NCBI GenBank assembly: GCA_021793015.1
Contig: JAJYTO010000001.1
Location: 7,738 to 71,737 of the forward strand
From: Bacillota bacterium
GTDB lineage: Bacteria; Bacillota; Bacilli; Alicyclobacillales; SLC66
Length of the DNA: 64,000 nucleotides
Direction of reading: 5' to 3'
Each line of letters starts with the position of its first letter. Positions within the stretch are counted from its first letter, which is position 1. Under the pieces are notes generated by a model that was not told the origin of the DNA, did no database searches, and saw nothing but the letters and a program-made list of their open reading frames with translations. The translations under genes were made by a program, and so were the position numbers. Positions 47,237-57,397 of this stretch are shown one piece after another.

Positions 47237-48496
47237 TCAAAACAATTGCGTTACGTCCAGGTACGTGCGAAAGACGGTCAGCGCGATGATCAACACAAAA
47301 CCGATCGCATGCACGAGATACTCCTTGCGCGGATCAATCCGCCGCCCCCGAATCAACTCGACGGTCAGAAACAGCATCCGGCTGCCATCGAGTGGCGGAA
47401 TCGGCAGCAGATTCAGGATCGCCAGATTGAGGCTCAAAAGCGCCGTCAGATTCATCAGGTTGAGCAGCCCCAATTGCGCCTGCTGGCTGATGATGGCCAC
47501 GATCTTCACAGGTCCCGCCGAATCTTTGACAAACGCGTTCTTGTGGGTGAACAGTTGGCCAAAACTGTTATAGATCAGTTGCGTATAGGCAACCGTCTGC
47601 TGAAATCCGCCTGAAATTGCCGGTATCGCGCCGTGCGTCACAGTGGGCGTGATGCCGACAAACCCGACTCCGTCCTTGCGCTTGCGCGGGGTGACATACA
47701 GAGTCTGCTGGAGTTGCTTTCGATCCACGGTCACGGCCAGACGATCCAGCGGATGTCCCTCGATGACCGCAACGAGCTGCATCCAGTTATTGATCGCCTT
47801 CCCATTGATCGCTTCAATCACGTCGCCGGATCGCATCCCGGCGGCGAAGGCCGGCGAACCGGGCAACACAGTCGCGACTTGCGGCGGGGACGCCGCGATG
47901 CCTATGGATCCAATCACGATCGCAAACAGCACAATGGTAAGGACGACATTCATCAGCGGCCCCGCCAGGGTGATCAGCATGCGCGCCAACAATGATTTTC
48001 GCGCCATCTGACGATCCGGCGGCGCAAGGGCGATCCGCTCCTTGCCATTGATCAAAAAGGCGCGCCGGGCGATCGCAAACTCCCGCACTCCCTCGCCGGT
48101 GTCAAGCGCAATCGTATAGGACCGCTCCGTGTCCACGCTGACAAGCGTTCCTGTGACGCCGTCGGAGACGTCCCCTTCATCGCCCAGCTCTGTAACCTCA
48201 TGGTGTTCATCAACCCGGACGGTCAACGCTTCTCCAACGCGGAAAAAACTGTCCTGCGGCAAGTCGCCGGCCAGTTGCACAAAACCGCCGAGGGGGAAGA
48301 TCCGCAGCGAATATTCTGTTTCTCCCTTCCCCCAGCGAAAGATGGGGGGTCCAAAGCCAATGGCGAACTTGGGCACCAACACGCCCGCTTTTTTGGCAAC
48401 GATAAAGTGGCCAAACTCATGAATGGTCACAAGAACAAGAAATACGACCACAACACTGGCCACAGACTGCAGTCCGCCGGCGAGAATCGATCCCAT
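47237..48496 (-). CDS. rseP: RIP site-2 metalloprotease RseP/RasP (M50)
   Basis: HEFGHF zinc motif in the first TM region, a PDZ domain and a C-terminal LDG motif. ATGA overlap with dxr. Confidence 0.92.
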   Translation of the reverse strand: MGSILAGGLQSVASVVVVFLVLVTIHEFGHFIVAKKAGVLVPKFAIGFGPPIFRWGKGETEYSLRIFPLGGFVQLAGDLPQDSFFRVGEALTVRVDEHHEVTELGDEGDVSDGVTGTLVSVDTERSYTIALDTGEGVREFAIARRAFLINGKERIALAPPDRQMARKSLLARMLITLAGPLMNVVLTIVLFAIVIGSIGIAASPPQVATVLPGSPAFAAGMRSGDVIEAINGKAINNWMQLVAVIEGHPLDRLAVTVDRKQLQQTLYVTPRKRKDGVGFVGITPTVTHGAIPAISGGFQQTVAYTQLIYNSFGQLFTHKNAFVKDSAGPVKIVAIISQQAQLGLLNLMNLTALLSLNLAILNLLPIPPLDGSRMLFLTVELIRGRRIDPRKEYLVHAIGFVLIIALTVFRTYLDVTQLF

Positions 48497-49695
48497 CAGG
48501 CGCCCCGCCCCCTCTCCGTAATCAGTGCGCGCGCCCGCACCCTTGCCCAGTCGTCAACGGCCAGCACGTCATCGAGTGTCAGCGGAGTCACGGACTCATG
48601 ACCGTCAATCACCCGTTCCACGATGTCCACAATGCCGAGAAAATCCAATTGACCCGCGGCAAACGCCATCGCAGCGACTTCATTGGCCGCATTCATGACC
48701 GCCGGGTAACTGCCCCCCGCCTCTCCGCAGCGATATGCCAGGCTCAGGGCGGGAAAACGGACCGTGTCCGGCGCTTCGAAGGTGAGCGACGCCACCTGGG
48801 TGAGATCAAGGCGCTCCCAAGGCGCCTCCACTCGCCCGTCCCGCCCGAAGATGGCGTATTGGATCGGCAGGCGCATGTCGGGCACGCTCAACTGAGCCAG
48901 CATCGAGCCGTCCCGAAACGCCACCAAAGAGTGAATGATGCTCTGCGGATGCACGACCACATCGATGTTGTCATATGGAACAGAAAACAGAAAATGCGCT
49001 TCGATAACCTCCAGCCCTTTATTCATGAGCGTGGCGGAATCAATCGTGTTCTTTGCGCCCATTCTCCACGTGGGGTGGGCAAGCGCGTCAGCCACAGTCA
49101 CTGTGCGCAGCCTTTCCGCCGACACGGTCCGGAACGGACCTCCCGACGCGGTGAGAAGCAGTCCGGCCACATCGTCGCGACGATATCCCTGCAAACACTG
49201 CGCGATGGCCGAATGCTCAGAGTCAATCGGTATCAGGCGAGCGCCGGAACGCTCTGCGGCGGCGACCACCATGCGCCCCGCCGCGACCACGGTCTCTTTG
49301 TTGGCAAGGGCCACATCCACTCCCGCGTTCAGAGCCGCAAGAGTGGGCTTGATTCCCGCAGCTCCCACCACCGCATTGATCACCAGATCGACGCCGGTCG
49401 AAAGAGCGGCCTCGGCCAATGCGCCGTCGCCCCACAATACGTGAACGGCGGGCAGGGCGGCCCGTACAATCTGCGCCTGCTGTTCATCGCGAACTGCAAC
49501 GCGACGGACGGAAAATTCTCTTGCAATCGCCACAAGCGCGTTGACATTGCTGTAGGCAGAAACCACCTCTATGCGCAAACGTTCTGGATGCGCTCGCACC
49601 ACATCCAGCGTCTGCCTCCCGATCGACCCTGTGGCGCCAAGGATCGCCAATCCACGAACCACGGCCTCCAACTCCTTCTCACACATGTCACGCAT
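48496..49695 (-). CDS. dxr: 1-deoxy-D-xylulose-5-phosphate reductoisomerase
   Basis: LGATGSIG NADPH motif and a conserved Dxr core. The exact start is uncertain; it may be a few codons downstream. Confidence 0.9.
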   Translation of the reverse strand: MRDMCEKELEAVVRGLAILGATGSIGRQTLDVVRAHPERLRIEVVSAYSNVNALVAIAREFSVRRVAVRDEQQAQIVRAALPAVHVLWGDGALAEAALSTGVDLVINAVVGAAGIKPTLAALNAGVDVALANKETVVAAGRMVVAAAERSGARLIPIDSEHSAIAQCLQGYRRDDVAGLLLTASGGPFRTVSAERLRTVTVADALAHPTWRMGAKNTIDSATLMNKGLEVIEAHFLFSVPYDNIDVVVHPQSIIHSLVAFRDGSMLAQLSVPDMRLPIQYAIFGRDGRVEAPWERLDLTQVASLTFEAPDTVRFPALSLAYRCGEAGGSYPAVMNAANEVAAMAFAAGQLDFLGIVDIVERVIDGHESVTPLTLDDVLAVDDWARVRARALITERGRGA

Positions 49696-50473
49696 GCGGA
49701 AATAGCCAGGTAATTAAATGATATGCGATAGGGGCAGCCAAGAGCAAGCTGTCGAAACGATCCAGAATACCTCCATGCCCCGGCAATATCCATCCCGAGT
49801 CCTTGACCGCATAGTGTCGTTTGAGTGCGGATTCGACCAAATCGCCGAGTTGTCCGGCAATCGAAATCATGGCGCCAAGAAATGCGAGTTCAGGCCAGTT
49901 GTGAGCTCCCCCGCGGATCATGAACGAACCCGCCAGCGGAGTCAGGACTGTGGCAAACACAAATCCGGCGAACGCCCCGGACACCGTCTTTTTGGGGCTC
50001 ACTTCCGGGAGCAGCTTGCGGCCTCCGAACGCCCGACCGACAAAAAAAGCCCCTGTATCCGTTGACCAGATGCCCACAAACACGATGAGCACCCAACCGA
50101 TCCCATCCGACAGCGAACGCAGGTCAAGCATCATGCGAAAGGCGTAACTCGAATAAAGCGCCGCCGCAAACAGAACCCCCGCCCCGGAAAAGGAAAATTG
50201 CTCCCGCCTCAGTATGGTCACGACGAGCAGCGCATAGAACAGGACGTACCAGAACTGCTCGAAGGGCGTCCACATGACCATCAGGATCGTGAAGGCGACG
50301 GCGATGATATTTTCCGCGCTCGCCGCGCGCACTTTCATCATAGCGCCAATTTCGAGTACGCTGACGACAGCGATCGCGGCAAAGAGCAGAGCGGTCCACA
50401 CTCCTCCCAGAAGCGTGGCCCCCACCACCAAGATAGCGCCCAAAATCGCCGTCACCACTCGCTGACGCAGCAT
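49688..50473 (-). CDS. cdsA: Phosphatidate cytidylyltransferase
   Basis: Multi-TM protein with the C-terminal signature SALKRHYAVKDSGWILPGHGGILDRFDS. Confidence 0.92.
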   Translation of the reverse strand: MLRQRVVTAILGAILVVGATLLGGVWTALLFAAIAVVSVLEIGAMMKVRAASAENIIAVAFTILMVMWTPFEQFWYVLFYALLVVTILRREQFSFSGAGVLFAAALYSSYAFRMMLDLRSLSDGIGWVLIVFVGIWSTDTGAFFVGRAFGGRKLLPEVSPKKTVSGAFAGFVFATVLTPLAGSFMIRGGAHNWPELAFLGAMISIAGQLGDLVESALKRHYAVKDSGWILPGHGGILDRFDSLLLAAPIAYHLITWLFPHA

Positions 50474-50482
50474 GCGTACACC

Positions 50483-51253
50483 TCACTTCAATCCGCCAAA
50501 CCTGCGCTCCCTGGTCAAGTACATCCTGATTGATTCTTCAAAGTGAGTGCGGGAGAAATTCGGCCACGTCTCGTCGACAAACACAAATTCCGTATATGCG
50601 ATTTGCCACAGGAGAAAGTTGCTGATTCGCTGGTCGCCCGCAGTGCGGATGAGCAGGTCCGGATCCGGCAGGCCCGCCGTCTCAAGCGCAGCCGCGATGG
50701 CGTCTTCCGTTATGTCGCAGGCGCGCAGTTCGTGCTTCTCCACCTCGCCGGCCACCGTCTGCACCGCTTTGACGATCTCACTGCGACTGCCATAATTCAG
50801 GGCAAACTGCACCACAAGGCCCGTATTGTCCATCGTCCTGATTCGCGCCTTCTCTATGGTCGCCCGTGTGGCGGCGGGCAATTTGCCCGCATCGCCGATG
50901 ATTTTGATGTGAACGTTTCGTTCCGCCAGTTCCTCGATGTCAAGCTGGAAGAACTCATCGACCAAATGCCACAGATAATCGATTTCCTGGCGCGGCCGTA
51001 TCCAATTTTCAGTGGAAAATGAGTAGAGAGTCAGTACTTTTACGCCCCAGTCGTCAGCGGCGCGTATGACCTCCCGCATGGCCAGCATGCCGGCGTGATG
51101 GCCCGCGGAACGAGGCAAGCCCCGACGTCGCGCCCACCGCCCGTTGCCATCCATAATGATCGCAATGTGCGCAGGAATATGCTCTGCAAGAAGCGGCTGA
51201 TCGTAGGAACGCTTGCCTCTAAGCTTACGGAACAGGGTGGTCCAGACTCCCAT
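50483..51253 (-). CDS. uppS: Isoprenyl transferase (undecaprenyl-diphosphate synthase)
   Basis: HIAIIMDGNGRWA motif. Start set at ATG 51253 behind GGGGGAGAGG. Confidence 0.9.
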   Translation of the reverse strand: MGVWTTLFRKLRGKRSYDQPLLAEHIPAHIAIIMDGNGRWARRRGLPRSAGHHAGMLAMREVIRAADDWGVKVLTLYSFSTENWIRPRQEIDYLWHLVDEFFQLDIEELAERNVHIKIIGDAGKLPAATRATIEKARIRTMDNTGLVVQFALNYGSRSEIVKAVQTVAGEVEKHELRACDITEDAIAAALETAGLPDPDLLIRTAGDQRISNFLLWQIAYTEFVFVDETWPNFSRTHFEESIRMYLTRERRFGGLK

Positions 51254-51387
51254 ACTCGCCTCTCCCCCATCACACACACCCCAAACTTTCATCCCGATCG
51301 GTGGTTTGTGAAGCGGCAAAAACTCCGCGCTGTCCTGCTTGCCCGGGCCCTCAAGGGACTCGGTCACGCACCTTCATGTGCGCTCCC

Positions 51388-51945
51388 TCACACCTCCATG
51401 AGTTCGCGCTCCTTTTGCGCCAGCAGGCGGTCAACCTCAGCGACAGCATGGTCCGTGACATCCTGAATCCGCTCCTGCAGCCGACGGCTCTCATCCTCAG
51501 GCAGCACTGACTGCTTCTCGGCCTTCTTGATCTCTTCATTCGTGTCGCGTCGCACATTGCGCACCGCGACTCGCGATTCTTCGGCGATTTTCTTGATCAC
51601 CCTTGTCAACTCCACACGGCGCTGTTCCGTGAGTTGGGGAATGCTCAAGCGAATCACGATGCCGTCGCTAGACGGCGTCAAGCCGAGGTCAGACTTTTGA
51701 ATCGCCCGCTCGATCTCGCCGAGCGTCCCCTTGTCCCAAGGCTGGATAACGATAAGCCGGGGGTCCGGCGCTGTGATATTCGCCAACTGGTTGATCGGCG
51801 TCAACGACCCGTAGTAGTCGACGGCGATCTTGTCGAGCAGCGCAGGCGTTGCGCGACCAGCCCGTATCGTCGCAAAATCCCGTTTTAACGAAGACAGGCA
51901 CTTCTCCATTCTGTCTTCCGCAGTCTTGATATAGTCTGCGCTCAC
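51388..51945 (-). CDS. frr: Ribosome recycling factor
   Basis: 185 aa with a canonical Frr sequence. GTG start overlaps the pyrH stop (GTGA). Confidence 0.95.
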   Translation of the reverse strand: MSADYIKTAEDRMEKCLSSLKRDFATIRAGRATPALLDKIAVDYYGSLTPINQLANITAPDPRLIVIQPWDKGTLGEIERAIQKSDLGLTPSSDGIVIRLSIPQLTEQRRVELTRVIKKIAEESRVAVRNVRRDTNEEIKKAEKQSVLPEDESRRLQERIQDVTDHAVAEVDRLLAQKERELMEV

Positions 51946-52670
51946 AATTCATCCCTCCGCACAATCGTGCCGATTGCTTCACCCAAAACGGCGCGGCGAA
52001 TATTACCGGCCTCCGTAATAGAAAACACAAAAATAGGGATATTGTTATCCATGCACAGTGATGTCGCCGTAGAGTCCATGACGCCCAAGCCCAAACTCAA
52101 AACAGTCATGAAACTGAGCGTTTCGTATTTGGTGGCGGTTGGAACCTTTTGCGGATCCGCCGAATAAACTCCATCCACGCCGCTCTTGGCCATCAGGATA
52201 ACCTCCGCTTCGATCTCGGCGGCGCGCAGTGCTGCGGTGGTGTCCGTGGTGAAAAAGGGGTTTCCCGTGCCCCCCGCAAAGATCACGACCCGGCCTTTTT
52301 CAAGGTGCCGAATGGCCCGTCGGCGAATATACGGTTCCGCCACCTGCCGCATCTCAATGGACGTTTGCACGCGCGTGACGACGCCCGCACGTTCCAGCGC
52401 GTCCTGGAGAGCCAAAGCGTTCAGGACGGTGGCGAGCATCCCCATGTAATCCGCATGCGCTCGATCCATCCCCTCAGCGCTGGCAGAAACCCCACGCCAG
52501 ATGTTTCCGCCGCCGACGACAACCGCCATCTGGACTCCGAGTGCAGTCACATCGCGGATCTGCTGCGCCACGGAATGCAGAACGTCCGACGAGATGCCAA
52601 AACCATCGGTGCCAGCCAACGCCTCGCCGCTCAATTTTAACACTACACGCTTATACTTGATCCCGCTCAT
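51942..52670 (-). CDS. pyrH: UMP kinase
   Basis: [13 protein letters not shown]-terminus and a conserved amino-acid-kinase fold. Start set at ATG 52670. Confidence 0.93.
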   Translation of the reverse strand: MSGIKYKRVVLKLSGEALAGTDGFGISSDVLHSVAQQIRDVTALGVQMAVVVGGGNIWRGVSASAEGMDRAHADYMGMLATVLNALALQDALERAGVVTRVQTSIEMRQVAEPYIRRRAIRHLEKGRVVIFAGGTGNPFFTTDTTAALRAAEIEAEVILMAKSGVDGVYSADPQKVPTATKYETLSFMTVLSLGLGVMDSTATSLCMDNNIPIFVFSITEAGNIRRAVLGEAIGTIVRRDEL

Positions 52671-52698
52671 ACAGTCCCCCCAAAGTACATGGCCGACG

Positions 52699-52725
52699 CG
52701 AAAAGGGAACACATCATGTGCTCCC
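52699..52725 (-). terminator. Terminator/attenuator hairpin between tsf and pyrH
   Basis: Minus strand reads GGGAGCACA-tga-TGTGTTCCC followed by TTTTCG. Confidence 0.5.
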
Positions 52726-52731
52726 CGGACA

Positions 52732-53385
52732 TTACTGTTTAACCTGCGCCATCACTTCCGCAACAAAATCATCCTGCCGCCGTTCGATCCCTTCGCCCAT
52801 CTCGTAGCGGACAAATCGACGAATGGAGATATTCTCCCCAATCTTGGCGATCTTCGAGGCGACATGGGCGGCGACCGTGACGGACGGATCCTTGACGAAC
52901 GGCTGATCAAGCAGGCACTGCTCGCGCAGAAATTTATCGACCTTGCCAGCCACGATCTTATCCACAATGTGCGCCGGCTTGCCCTCATTCAAAGTCTGCT
53001 GGCGGAAAATCTCGGTCTCACGCTGCACGATATCGCCGGCAATATCCTCGCGCCGCAGATACTCCGGCCTGGAGGCGGCAATATGCATGGCAATGTCGCG
53101 ACACAAGGCGCGAAACTCGTCGGTTTTGGCCACAAAGTCCGTCTCGCAGTTGACCTCGACAAGCACACCGATGCGGCCGCCCCCGTGAATGTATGACTCG
53201 ACGACACCCTCGGCGGCCACTCTTCCCGCTTTTTTCGCCGCCGACGCCAGGCCCTGCTCCCTCAGGAACTCAATGGCTTTCTCCATGTCGCCGCCTGTCT
53301 CTGTCAAGGCCTTTTTGCAGTCATTCACTCCGGCTCCCGTTTTTTCGCGCAACTGCTTTACCGCTTCTATCGTTACTGTTGCCAT
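52732..53385 (-). CDS. tsf: Elongation factor Ts (short form)
   Basis: [30 protein letters not shown]-like N-terminus. 217 aa from ATG 53385. Confidence 0.93.
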   Translation of the reverse strand: MATVTIEAVKQLREKTGAGVNDCKKALTETGGDMEKAIEFLREQGLASAAKKAGRVAAEGVVESYIHGGGRIGVLVEVNCETDFVAKTDEFRALCRDIAMHIAASRPEYLRREDIAGDIVQRETEIFRQQTLNEGKPAHIVDKIVAGKVDKFLREQCLLDQPFVKDPSVTVAAHVASKIAKIGENISIRRFVRYEMGEGIERRQDDFVAEVMAQVKQ

Positions 53386-53530
53386 GTTCAGTCCGCTCCT
53401 TATGCTGCTTGTATGTACCCAATCGGCCGCCACGGCAGCGGCATCGCCGTCGTTTCAAAAATATGGTGCAGGCAAGGCGACCGCCGCTTGACTCCACCGC
53501 GCTATGCCCACCCTGCGTCTTTGAGTCAAT

Positions 53531-53880
53531 CTGCCGCGAAATATCGCCGCAGGCGTATTTTTCTTCCCGGTTGTTGGTGGCGCGAAGCGCTGAGATTTTG
53601 CTTCGCAAAACTCAGGCATGAAAGTCTATCCCGAAACCAACATGGCCTGACGGCCACCGCCAACCATGGCAACATCCCAGACGCGCTTGGCAAGTTGCCG
53701 TATAAAAATAACGATGGTCCCTGCCGGTCGGGATCATATACTGTGCCGCCGCTTGAACATGTCTGCGCCAAACTCGCGACGGGCACAGTATACGACCCCG
53801 GGCGAGCGGGCTTTCATCCCCTGAAAAACGGCGCTGGCGCTTTTTCAGGGAATGGCGCCGCGCAGCGCCATGGGGGGTCT
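53531..53880. repeat. Modular intergenic repeat cluster R5 (A unit with H insert, unique spacer, divergent hp1, T-like unit)
   Basis: The A unit with the H hairpin CTGAGaTTTTGC-ttc-GCAAAACTCAG is at ~53531-53635. The hp1 variant is at 53731-53797. The T-like unit has CCCTGAAAAA...TTTTTCAGGG and ATGGCGC...GCGCCAT stems. Confidence 0.85.
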
Positions 53881-53964
53881 GCTCCGAACATGCGGCGGCC
53901 CTTGCGGGCCAGCATGCCGACTCTTTCAGGCTCTTTCAGGCTCGTCAAGGTTTTACCGGATCTT

Positions 53965-54666
53965 TCAGGACGCCGTTTCTTCTCCGCCCTGGTTGCCCTC
54001 GACGACCGCGTCCGCCATCTTGTTGCACAGCAATTTCACTGCGCGAATCGCATCATCGTTGCCGGGAATGATATAATCGATCTCATCCGGGTCGCAGTTT
54101 GTATCCACGATGGCCACGATGGGGATGCCCAGTTTGCGCGCCTCTGCGACTGCGATGCGTTCTTTGCGCGGATCGATGATGAACAACGCGCCGGGAAGTT
54201 TCTTCATGTCTTTGATCCCGCCGAGAAATTTCTCCAGCCGCTCCTGTTCCTTGCGCAGCAAGATCACTTCCTTCTTGGGCAGGACTTCAAACGTTCCGTC
54301 CATCTCCATGGTTTCAAGCGCGCGGAGTCGCTCAATGCGCTTTTGAATGGTGCTAAAGTTGGTCAGGGTGCCGCCCAGCCACCGTTGATTCACGAAATAT
54401 CCGCCACAGCGGCGCGCTTCATCGCGCACCGAGTCCTGAGCCTGCTTTTTTGTCCCTACAAAAAGAACGGATTTCCCTTCAGAAGCAATTTGGCGGACAA
54501 AGTTGTACGCCTCTTCCACTTTCTTTACTGTCTTTTGCAAGTCGATGATGTATATGCCGTTACGCTCCGTGAAAATGTAGCGATCCATCTTCGGATTCCA
54601 GCGTCTGGTCTGGTGGCCAAAGTGCACACCGGCTTCCAGCAATTGTTTCATTGAAATGACGGCCAT
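53965..54666 (-). CDS. rpsB: 30S ribosomal protein S2
   Basis: [27 protein letters not shown] is a canonical S2. Confidence 0.97.
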   Translation of the reverse strand: MAVISMKQLLEAGVHFGHQTRRWNPKMDRYIFTERNGIYIIDLQKTVKKVEEAYNFVRQIASEGKSVLFVGTKKQAQDSVRDEARRCGGYFVNQRWLGGTLTNFSTIQKRIERLRALETMEMDGTFEVLPKKEVILLRKEQERLEKFLGGIKDMKKLPGALFIIDPRKERIAVAEARKLGIPIVAIVDTNCDPDEIDYIIPGNDDAIRAVKLLCNKMADAVVEGNQGGEETAS

Positions 54667-54775
54667 CTAACGGTAATCCCCCTTCAAGTTTGTCCTCCGC
54701 CCGCTTCACCGAAGGGACCCCTGCTCCAGGCAGACTTGACCCTTCTCCGCGGACGTGCGAATTTTCACCTGCAAG

Positions 54776-54805
54776 AGTATACCACTAAATCGCGGGTCCC
54801 GGCAA
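54776..54805 (-). promoter_or_regulatory. Candidate sigma-A promoter for rpsB
   Basis: Minus strand reads TTGCCG, an 18-nt spacer, then TATACT with an upstream TG (gTGgTATACT), ~110 nt upstream of rpsB. Confidence 0.5.
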
Positions 54806-54869
54806 GCAAGAAGAACAGTTCGCCCCGACAGATTGGCGGATCCTGCCCCAAAGCCAAGCACGCCTCTCG

Positions 54870-55367
54870 TCAGGAGGTTGTCAACACATAGAGCAACTCC
54901 GGCAGCGGTTCATTCCGCTGCAATTCATAGGCGCCCGCACGCAAAAACGGCTCTCGCGCAGCCATCGCGACAAATTTGCCGCGATTCTGGATCACGCCAG
55001 CCCTGGCCAGTTGGTCTGCAATCGCCTGCACCGACTGACCGGCAACGATGACGACGCGCACAGGCGTCCTCCTGGTGGCGGCCGAAGTGCGGCCCTTTGA
55101 AGTGGATGCCGACGTGGCGGACGTGGCCGGCGCACCCGTCGTCCGCGTGGCTGACGCTGACCGGGTCGACGCTGGCGAGAGACGGTCGAGGGATTCTGCG
55201 CCTTGAACGGAGCGCGGCGCATCAACCGCCGCAGCAAGCGTCCCGGTCGCGGTTCCCGATTGCGGACGATTCGGACGCGCATGCGTCTGTCCAGCGTTCA
55301 TGGCCCCGTACAGAATGGCCGCAAGCAGCAGTCCGACCCCCAGACCCGCCGTAAACGGGCGTTTCAC
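54870..55367 (-). CDS. Hypothetical membrane-anchored protein with an MltG/YceG N-terminal-like (LysM-like) C-terminal domain
   Basis: N-terminal TM helix and a Ser/Thr/Ala-rich linker. The C-terminal VRVVIVAGQSVQAIADQLARAGVI...LRAGAYEL resembles the N-domain of YceG/MltG. GTGA overlap with the upstream gene. Confidence 0.45.
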   Translation of the reverse strand: MKRPFTAGLGVGLLLAAILYGAMNAGQTHARPNRPQSGTATGTLAAAVDAPRSVQGAESLDRLSPASTRSASATRTTGAPATSATSASTSKGRTSAATRRTPVRVVIVAGQSVQAIADQLARAGVIQNRGKFVAMAAREPFLRAGAYELQRNEPLPELLYVLTTS

Positions 55368-55852
55368 GAGAGAGCACTCCCATTCTCAAGCACACAAGTC
55401 ACCAGGTCGATCTCCCCTTGACCGATGTTCAGATCCCGCATGATTTGATCGCGTTCCTGGCCTTCCAGCAGTCTGACAGCCACTTCCCGGTACTTTCCCG
55501 ATAGCTGGTCAGGCGCCTGAGTTGCTGATTTCCATCCGGCGCCGAGCGCAGACGGGGACGATCGGACTGTTTCCAGCCGCGCCACCCTGTCTGCCAGTTC
55601 CATGATCCCATCGTTCACTGATTGCAGAGTGCGCTCTCCGATCAGTTGTTGGCTGTCAAATTTGTTCCGCAACGAAGCAATCAGTTCGACGATTCGATCA
55701 TTCTCGGCCTCCATTTGGCTCACAAATGCCTCCACAGCTTCCACGACATCGGCCTGTTCCCGCGTATTGCCCCGTTTTGCGCCCGCCGCAAAGGAGTACG
55801 CAAGCGCCAGAATACCGATTGAAATCAACAGAGCCACGTACAACTCTATCAC
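55364..55852 (-). CDS. Hypothetical membrane-anchored coiled-coil protein; positional equivalent of SwrB
   Basis: N-terminal TM helix, a coiled coil and a short C-terminal HTH-like segment (ERDQIMRDLNIGQGEIDLV). Near the end of the fla/che cluster, where B. subtilis has swrB. Start is GTG 55852 or TTG 55843. Confidence 0.4.
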   Translation of the reverse strand: MIELYVALLISIGILALAYSFAAGAKRGNTREQADVVEAVEAFVSQMEAENDRIVELIASLRNKFDSQQLIGERTLQSVNDGIMELADRVARLETVRSSPSALGAGWKSATQAPDQLSGKYREVAVRLLEGQERDQIMRDLNIGQGEIDLVTCVLENGSALS

Positions 55853-55976
55853 CTCCGGTATATGCGTTCCATAGATTTTTTAATCGACACCCGCCCGCCG
55901 CTCCCGACAAGTGGCCATGTTTGGCGGGGACCTCTGCGCCGTGTGAGTTTCGGGACCCCCATCTTATGTTTGCGGC

Positions 55977-57383
55977 TTATGTTCGCGACCGTTTCGTCCA
56001 GCCATTCTCAGTGACAACAAACGTACAGCGAGAGACGGCTTCCTGCAATTGATGCTCGATATGGCCAACGGCCAGATGCACGCCCGGATGCGCAACGTCT
56101 GCAACGTCGACCGCAGGAGACAGCAGGCTGGCCTCCTGCGCCGCGCGATCCCTTTCCTTGCGCAGGCGGACAGATTCCATATGCAACTGCGTGTACGTGG
56201 CTTCCAGGCGCTCTTTCGTGGCGCTCTGTTCGGCGGGCAACGCTCCCAGTTGGCGCTCGATGACCTGCAAGCGAACCAGCGCCTCTCCGATTTTCGCAAG
56301 CGTGTCCAACCCCTCCTGCAACAGTTCTGAACACCGGTATACTTTCAAATTCAGTTCTTCATCGGGCCAGAATTCAAGACGCGTGGGAACGGACAGTTGC
56401 GAGCCCGCCGTACGCACGGAAATGCGCGTCTTTGCCTGGGTGACGCCGCCCACCAGAAGTCCACGCTTCCCGGTCAGGAAAATGCCGTATCCGGAAACGC
56501 TGCTGTTCATAATACTGTCTGACACGGTCACGTTTCCCTCTGCCTCGACCGTCGCATTCTGCAGATACTGCGCCTTCACAGACGCGCCCGCCGCGATTTT
56601 GCACCGGGAACTCCCCTGCACGCCGCCCCGGATCACGATGCTTCCCGAAGCCTCCAGCGATGCCGCTTCCACGATGCCCTGCACGTCGATGTTGCCCTTG
56701 GCTTTCACCGTAAAGCCAGACCGCACACTGCCGTCGATGCGAACGCTCCCCACAAAATCGATATTGCCTGTACTGAAATCCACATCGTGATGAACATGAT
56801 ATACAGGAAGCACGGATACGTTTTGATGTCTATCAAATACGATCTGACCCGCTTCGATTGCCTGCAGGGACATGCCGTCCTCACTGATTTCCGTGCCCGG
56901 ACCCCGGGGCAACGTCACCGTCCTCGGCGGCGCTGCGGGCACTTCACGGCCATACACGTCGCGGCCAGAGCGGCCCCGTTCCCCAGGAGTCCGGTACGCA
57001 ACCACCTGACCCGCGACAACGTCCTGAAGAATTCCCAGTTCCCGATAGTCCACCGTATCGTCCTCGCGCAAGAGCGGAGTCGGCTTGCGATCGGTGTCAA
57101 AGAGAAAGACAAGGGTTTCATCGACCGAATCCTCAGCGGAACTCCCCCGGGCAAGAACGATCACAGCGCCGACGAGCGAGTCGTCCGTCAGCATACTTCC
57201 AAGCTCTGCGTCGGTGATCAACCCATGCACGATTCCTTGCTGACCCAACCAGGTTTGAAAGGCCGGAAGTTCCTCTTGTCCAAGCGGCGAGACGAGTTCC
57301 GCCGTCACAATCATGGCGTCCGCGCTCACCACTGGCTTCAAACGCTCCGCAAATATCTCAGACTCCTGGATATCAGCGTCCAC
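55977..57383 (-). CDS. DUF342 (FapA-like) beta-helix protein
   Basis: Repetitive beta-helix segment (GNIDFVGSVRIDGSV...GNIDVQGIVEA...SGSIVIRGGV...GNVTVSDSI) and a C-terminal coiled coil. Start set at GTG 57383 behind GGAGGTG, just after the cheD stop. Confidence 0.7.
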   Translation of the reverse strand: MDADIQESEIFAERLKPVVSADAMIVTAELVSPLGQEELPAFQTWLGQQGIVHGLITDAELGSMLTDDSLVGAVIVLARGSSAEDSVDETLVFLFDTDRKPTPLLREDDTVDYRELGILQDVVAGQVVAYRTPGERGRSGRDVYGREVPAAPPRTVTLPRGPGTEISEDGMSLQAIEAGQIVFDRHQNVSVLPVYHVHHDVDFSTGNIDFVGSVRIDGSVRSGFTVKAKGNIDVQGIVEAASLEASGSIVIRGGVQGSSRCKIAAGASVKAQYLQNATVEAEGNVTVSDSIMNSSVSGYGIFLTGKRGLLVGGVTQAKTRISVRTAGSQLSVPTRLEFWPDEELNLKVYRCSELLQEGLDTLAKIGEALVRLQVIERQLGALPAEQSATKERLEATYTQLHMESVRLRKERDRAAQEASLLSPAVDVADVAHPGVHLAVGHIEHQLQEAVSRCTFVVTENGWTKRSRT

Positions 57384-57397
57384 TGCGTTCACCTCCG

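Noticed and set aside
55853-55976. A possible SigD-type promoter (TAAA-N15-GCCGATAT) upstream of the SwrB-like gene.
   Set aside because: TAAA is present, but the -10 region reads ATATACCG, which does not match GCCGATAT in the correct orientation.
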